The translations under genes and the position numbers were made by a program. This document shows positions 60,515 to 64,000 of a stretch of DNA of 64,000 nt, in pieces (position 1 is the first letter of the stretch; each line of letters starts with the position of its first letter). The stretch is from positions 4,402,001 to 4,466,000 of the forward strand of contig JBHGNT010000020.1 in assembly GCA_043228905.1 (NCBI GenBank). The letters are read 5' to 3'. This DNA comes from Azolla caroliniana (lineage: Eukaryota; Plantae; Polypodiophyta). The notes beneath the pieces were generated by a model, which saw nothing but the letters and a program-made list of their open reading frames with translations, was not told the DNA's origin and ran no database searches.

Positions 60515-63500
60515 GTAAAAATCGTTGCCGGCCACAACCGGTTGTACGTGTGCGGAATAATATTCAATCTAATGGAAAGGAAATACATAATATAGAAACT
60601 GAGAATGACACAGATTTTAACGTGGAAACCCGAACTAGGAAAAAACCACGTGGAGTCCACAAACTCTGAAATAGAACACTATTAGAGAAAGGAATACAAT
60701 CAGAGATCTCAGAGGCAACGACCTCGAGATCCTGCTTCGCCAACAAGCAGCTATGGAGCTCACACGCTTCCACTCACACTCGTTCACTCTCACAGTTACG
60801 GAGGCAACAAATTCATCAACAGTAACTTTACAATAACGCACATATCTAACATGATTTCCCTAAGTACTTATATACTAATGTAACCTTTCGACTATTTACA
60901 AACTTAGCCGTCCGTGTTGGCTATCTCCACGATTTCCGGTTTCGGCCTCGGCCGAGTTGCTCATCAACACGGTTCCTCTCACTTCCCATCCGGAGGGACC
61001 TGTTTCCTAACAAACTCCCCCCCCTTCACTCCGGCATGGGATGTCTTACTAGTCCGATCTGCTTCCGACATGCATCCAGCTTGTCGGGTATCAGTACTTT
61101 GGTCAGCATATCTGACCCATTCTCGGCAGTGTGGATCTTCGTCAGCGCGAACTCTCGATCTTCTACTCGCTCCCGGATCCAGTGATACCTACGTTGGATG
61201 TGCTTCGTCTTGGAATGTTACGTTGCGTTCTTAGCGAGGTGGATGGCACTTTGATTGTCGCAATAGAGCCGGTATTCATCTTAACGAATACCGAGCTCTC
61301 CGATGAAGTCCTTCATCCATAATATTTCCTTGCCGGCTTCAACAACTGCCATGTACTCCGCCTTCGCGGTTGACAACGCAACCATCTTTTGTAGCCTCGA
61401 CTGCCACGAAACAACTCCCCTTGCATATGTCATTACATACCCGGATGTAGACCGGCTAGTATCCACATCAGCCGAGATATCCGAATCAGTAAAACTGTCA
61501 AGTTGAGGTTTACCGGAGCCGAATCGGAGACACATATTCAAAGTGCCCTTCAAGTACCGGAGTATCCATTTGACCGCGTTCTAGTGCTCCTTGCCGGGAT
61601 TGCTCATAAGCCGGCTCACCACTCCGACTGCGTATCCAATATCCGGTCGAGTACACACCATTGCGTACATTAAGCTCCCGATGGCAGAGGCATATGGAAC
61701 CTTCATCATATCCGCCTTCTCTGCTTTTGTCTTCGGGCTTTGCTTACCGGACAATCTGTCGTTTGCCGGGAGTGTCGATCCGACCAGTTTCGCTTCTAAT
61801 ATGTTGAACCGTTGAAGCACCTTTGTCACGTATTTCTCCTAGAACCCCTTCACCACAATCCTAGCTTTGTATATCGGGGGGTTGCCGGCATCTCCCGGTT
61901 TCAACTTGTACACCCACTTGTTTCGGAGTGCCCGGTTTCCTTTCGGCAACTCCACCAATTCGTACATATGGTTCTCATGTAGCGAATCCATCTCATCCTG
62001 CATGGAACTTAACCATTTGCGGCTATGGGCGTCACTTTTAGCTTCCTCGAAGCTTTCTGGCTCCCCCTCATCGGTCAGCAACACATGCTCTGGATCCGGA
62101 AATCTCCAGGGGTCCCTTCTCTCTCTGATAGGATATCTGCGTGCTTGGGCTTCGGTAACCGGCTCCTCCATTTGCTCTTCATCCGAATCCGATTCGGGGT
62201 CTTGTCCGGTTTCGGTTTCACCTATTCCTTCTTCTTCGGCCGGTTTTGTCTCCTCACCGTCATTGGCCGGTTCATCGAGTTCTAACCGGCTTCTTGCCGG
62301 TTGGAACTGCATTTCATCAAATCAGAATTTTTCCTTACCTGTCGACTCGGAGTTCATTATCTTCTTCTCCGACTCCTAGTCGGCGAGCGTCTTGTCCTCC
62401 ATGAAGATAATATCTCGACTCCAGAATACTTTCTGGTCGACCGGGTCCCACACTCGGTGGCCGAACTCATCGTCGCCTTAACCGAGGAATATGCATGGTC
62501 GGGTCTTCGGATCTAACTTTCCTCTCCGGTCCTTAGTTGCATGCACGTATGCAAGACAACCGAATACCTTCAGATGCTGGTAGGACACTTCCTTACCGGT
62601 CCAGACTCTCTGCGGCGTGTCTCCGTCCAAGGGTACTGAGGGTGATCTATTTATCACATATGTCGCCGTCGACAGTGCCTCAGCCCAAAAAGTCTTGGGT
62701 AATTTTGCATGCGCCAACATACTCCGGACCCTCTCCATTATGGTCCGGTTCATCCTCTCGGCCAACCCGTTTAGTTCCGGCATCTTCGGCACGGTAAATT
62801 CGAGCCGGATTCCCTTCGAGTGACAGTACTCCTCGAACTGCCCCCGGTATTCTCCTTCGTTATCTGCTCGAACCGCCTTCAGCTTCCGGCCGGTTTCTCT
62901 TTCCACTCTCACTTGGAGCTCTTTGAAGACGGATAGCACCTGATCCGTCGTCTTCAACGGTGTGGCCCACAGCTTCCGGTTGTGGTCATCTATGAACGTC
63001 ACGAAGTACTGCGATCCGGCATGTGACTTTGTGTCCACTTGACACACATCAGTATGCACCAACTCCAGTGGTGCATTACATCTCATCGGTGGCCTCGATC
63101 GGAAGGAGGTCCGGTTTTGTTTACCGACCAAACAATCAGTGCACTTCTCCAAATGCACGTTCTTCACTGGAATGAGGTTGTCGTCTGCAAGCCTTTTCAT
63201 CCCCTTCTCGCTCATGTGACACAGCCTCTTGTGCCATAGCTCACCGGCAATGTCGGATGCCACGTTCACTTCCTTCGGACATAACCGGGCATTCATCAGG
63301 TACAAAGTGTTGACTTTCCGGGCCCAAGCCACAATCAGGCTCCCTTTGCTGAACTTCATAACATCGTTCCGGATGCTACCCGTGTAGCTTTCATCATCTA
63401 ACCGATCGGCTGATATTAGGTTCAATCGAACCTCCGGAACATGTCGAACATCCTTCAGCAACATCTTGCATGCGGTTGATGTCGTCAACCACACATCTCC

Positions 63501-64000
63501 TATGCCGACAATTCGGCATGTACCTTCATTCCCCATCCGAACACGGCCGTGGTCACCAGCCGAGTAGGATGAGAAGCATTTTCTATCCGGGGTCAAGTGG
63601 AACGACGCTCTGGAATCGACCACCCAGGTCATCTCGTCGCCGGCAAGGTTCAGCTTACTCTCCTTGGTGATAAGCATTAGCTCCTCTTCATTTGCCGTGA
63701 TTGCCCTCGTTCCTTTCCAGTCCTGCCCTCACCGATCCGAACCATTTCGATCCGATGACTTCTTCGAATCGGTACTGTCGATTTCCTTGTCTTTCCGGAA
63801 ATGCCGACAGTTCTTCTGGAAGTGCCCCGGCTTCCCGCAGTAGAAGCAAGTAGGCCTCCCTCTTGACTTTGACCGTGTCCCCGATTTTTCCCGGTTCTGG
63901 GGACTCCGGTTCCTTTGTCTTCCATGTTCCAATTCGGAAAGGAGCGCTTTTGAGTCGGGGATCGGTTCCTTGTCCTTCCGACGTGCCTCCTCGTTCAGGA
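60515..64000 (-). mobile_element. Tork-like copia; 3' LTR ~60515-61012; RT core deleted at ~61840; runs off the window
   Basis: PPT at 61013-61029, plus RNase H, integrase (62478-63677) and knuckle CFYCGKPGHFQKNC. Confidence 0.92.

Noticed and set aside
1-64000. Remaining short ORFs in the track as host genes
   Set aside because: They are shadow or antisense frames of GC-rich retroelement sequence or microsatellites, with no host protein motifs.

Overview
This window is eukaryotic, plant-type heterochromatin made entirely of nested retrotransposons. I found no host gene, rRNA or CRISPR array. A non-seed land plant host is a guess only. (1) Ty3/gypsy 'family A' (OTA/Athila-Tat-like, no chromodomain) has an open gag-pol at 1276-5745, a ~890-aa second ORF and a 3' LTR at 8852-9235, plus a decayed sibling at 9270-20640. 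(2) A non-coding LTR element at 10233-13609 sits inside that sibling. (3) Ty1/copia 'family C' occupies 14035-19870, with an inverted fold-back pair at 20980-24729. (4) An L1-type LINE on the minus strand (26990-52040) is split by a solo LTR and a 20.9-kb nest. (5) Ty3/gypsy 'family W' has a tRNA-Trp PBS, 4-bp TSDs and a candidate -1 frameshift after the protease (29820-50693, 31611-41261, 54144-59130). (6) Several Tnt1/Tork-like copia elements carry tandem-repeat LTRs. The most unusual signal is in the two elements with LTRs at 8852 and 13129. Neither has a polypurine tract before its 3' LTR. Each instead carries a sense-strand tRNA-Arg-like 3' end (...TCCCAC(G/A)GGCGTGCCA, i.e. an inverted PBS), preceded by a T-loop-like motif and a co-varying hairpin. 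This suggests that plus-strand synthesis is primed by a tRNA or tRNA mimic (dual PBS). All identities come from reading the sequence and from remembered family motifs; no searches were run.
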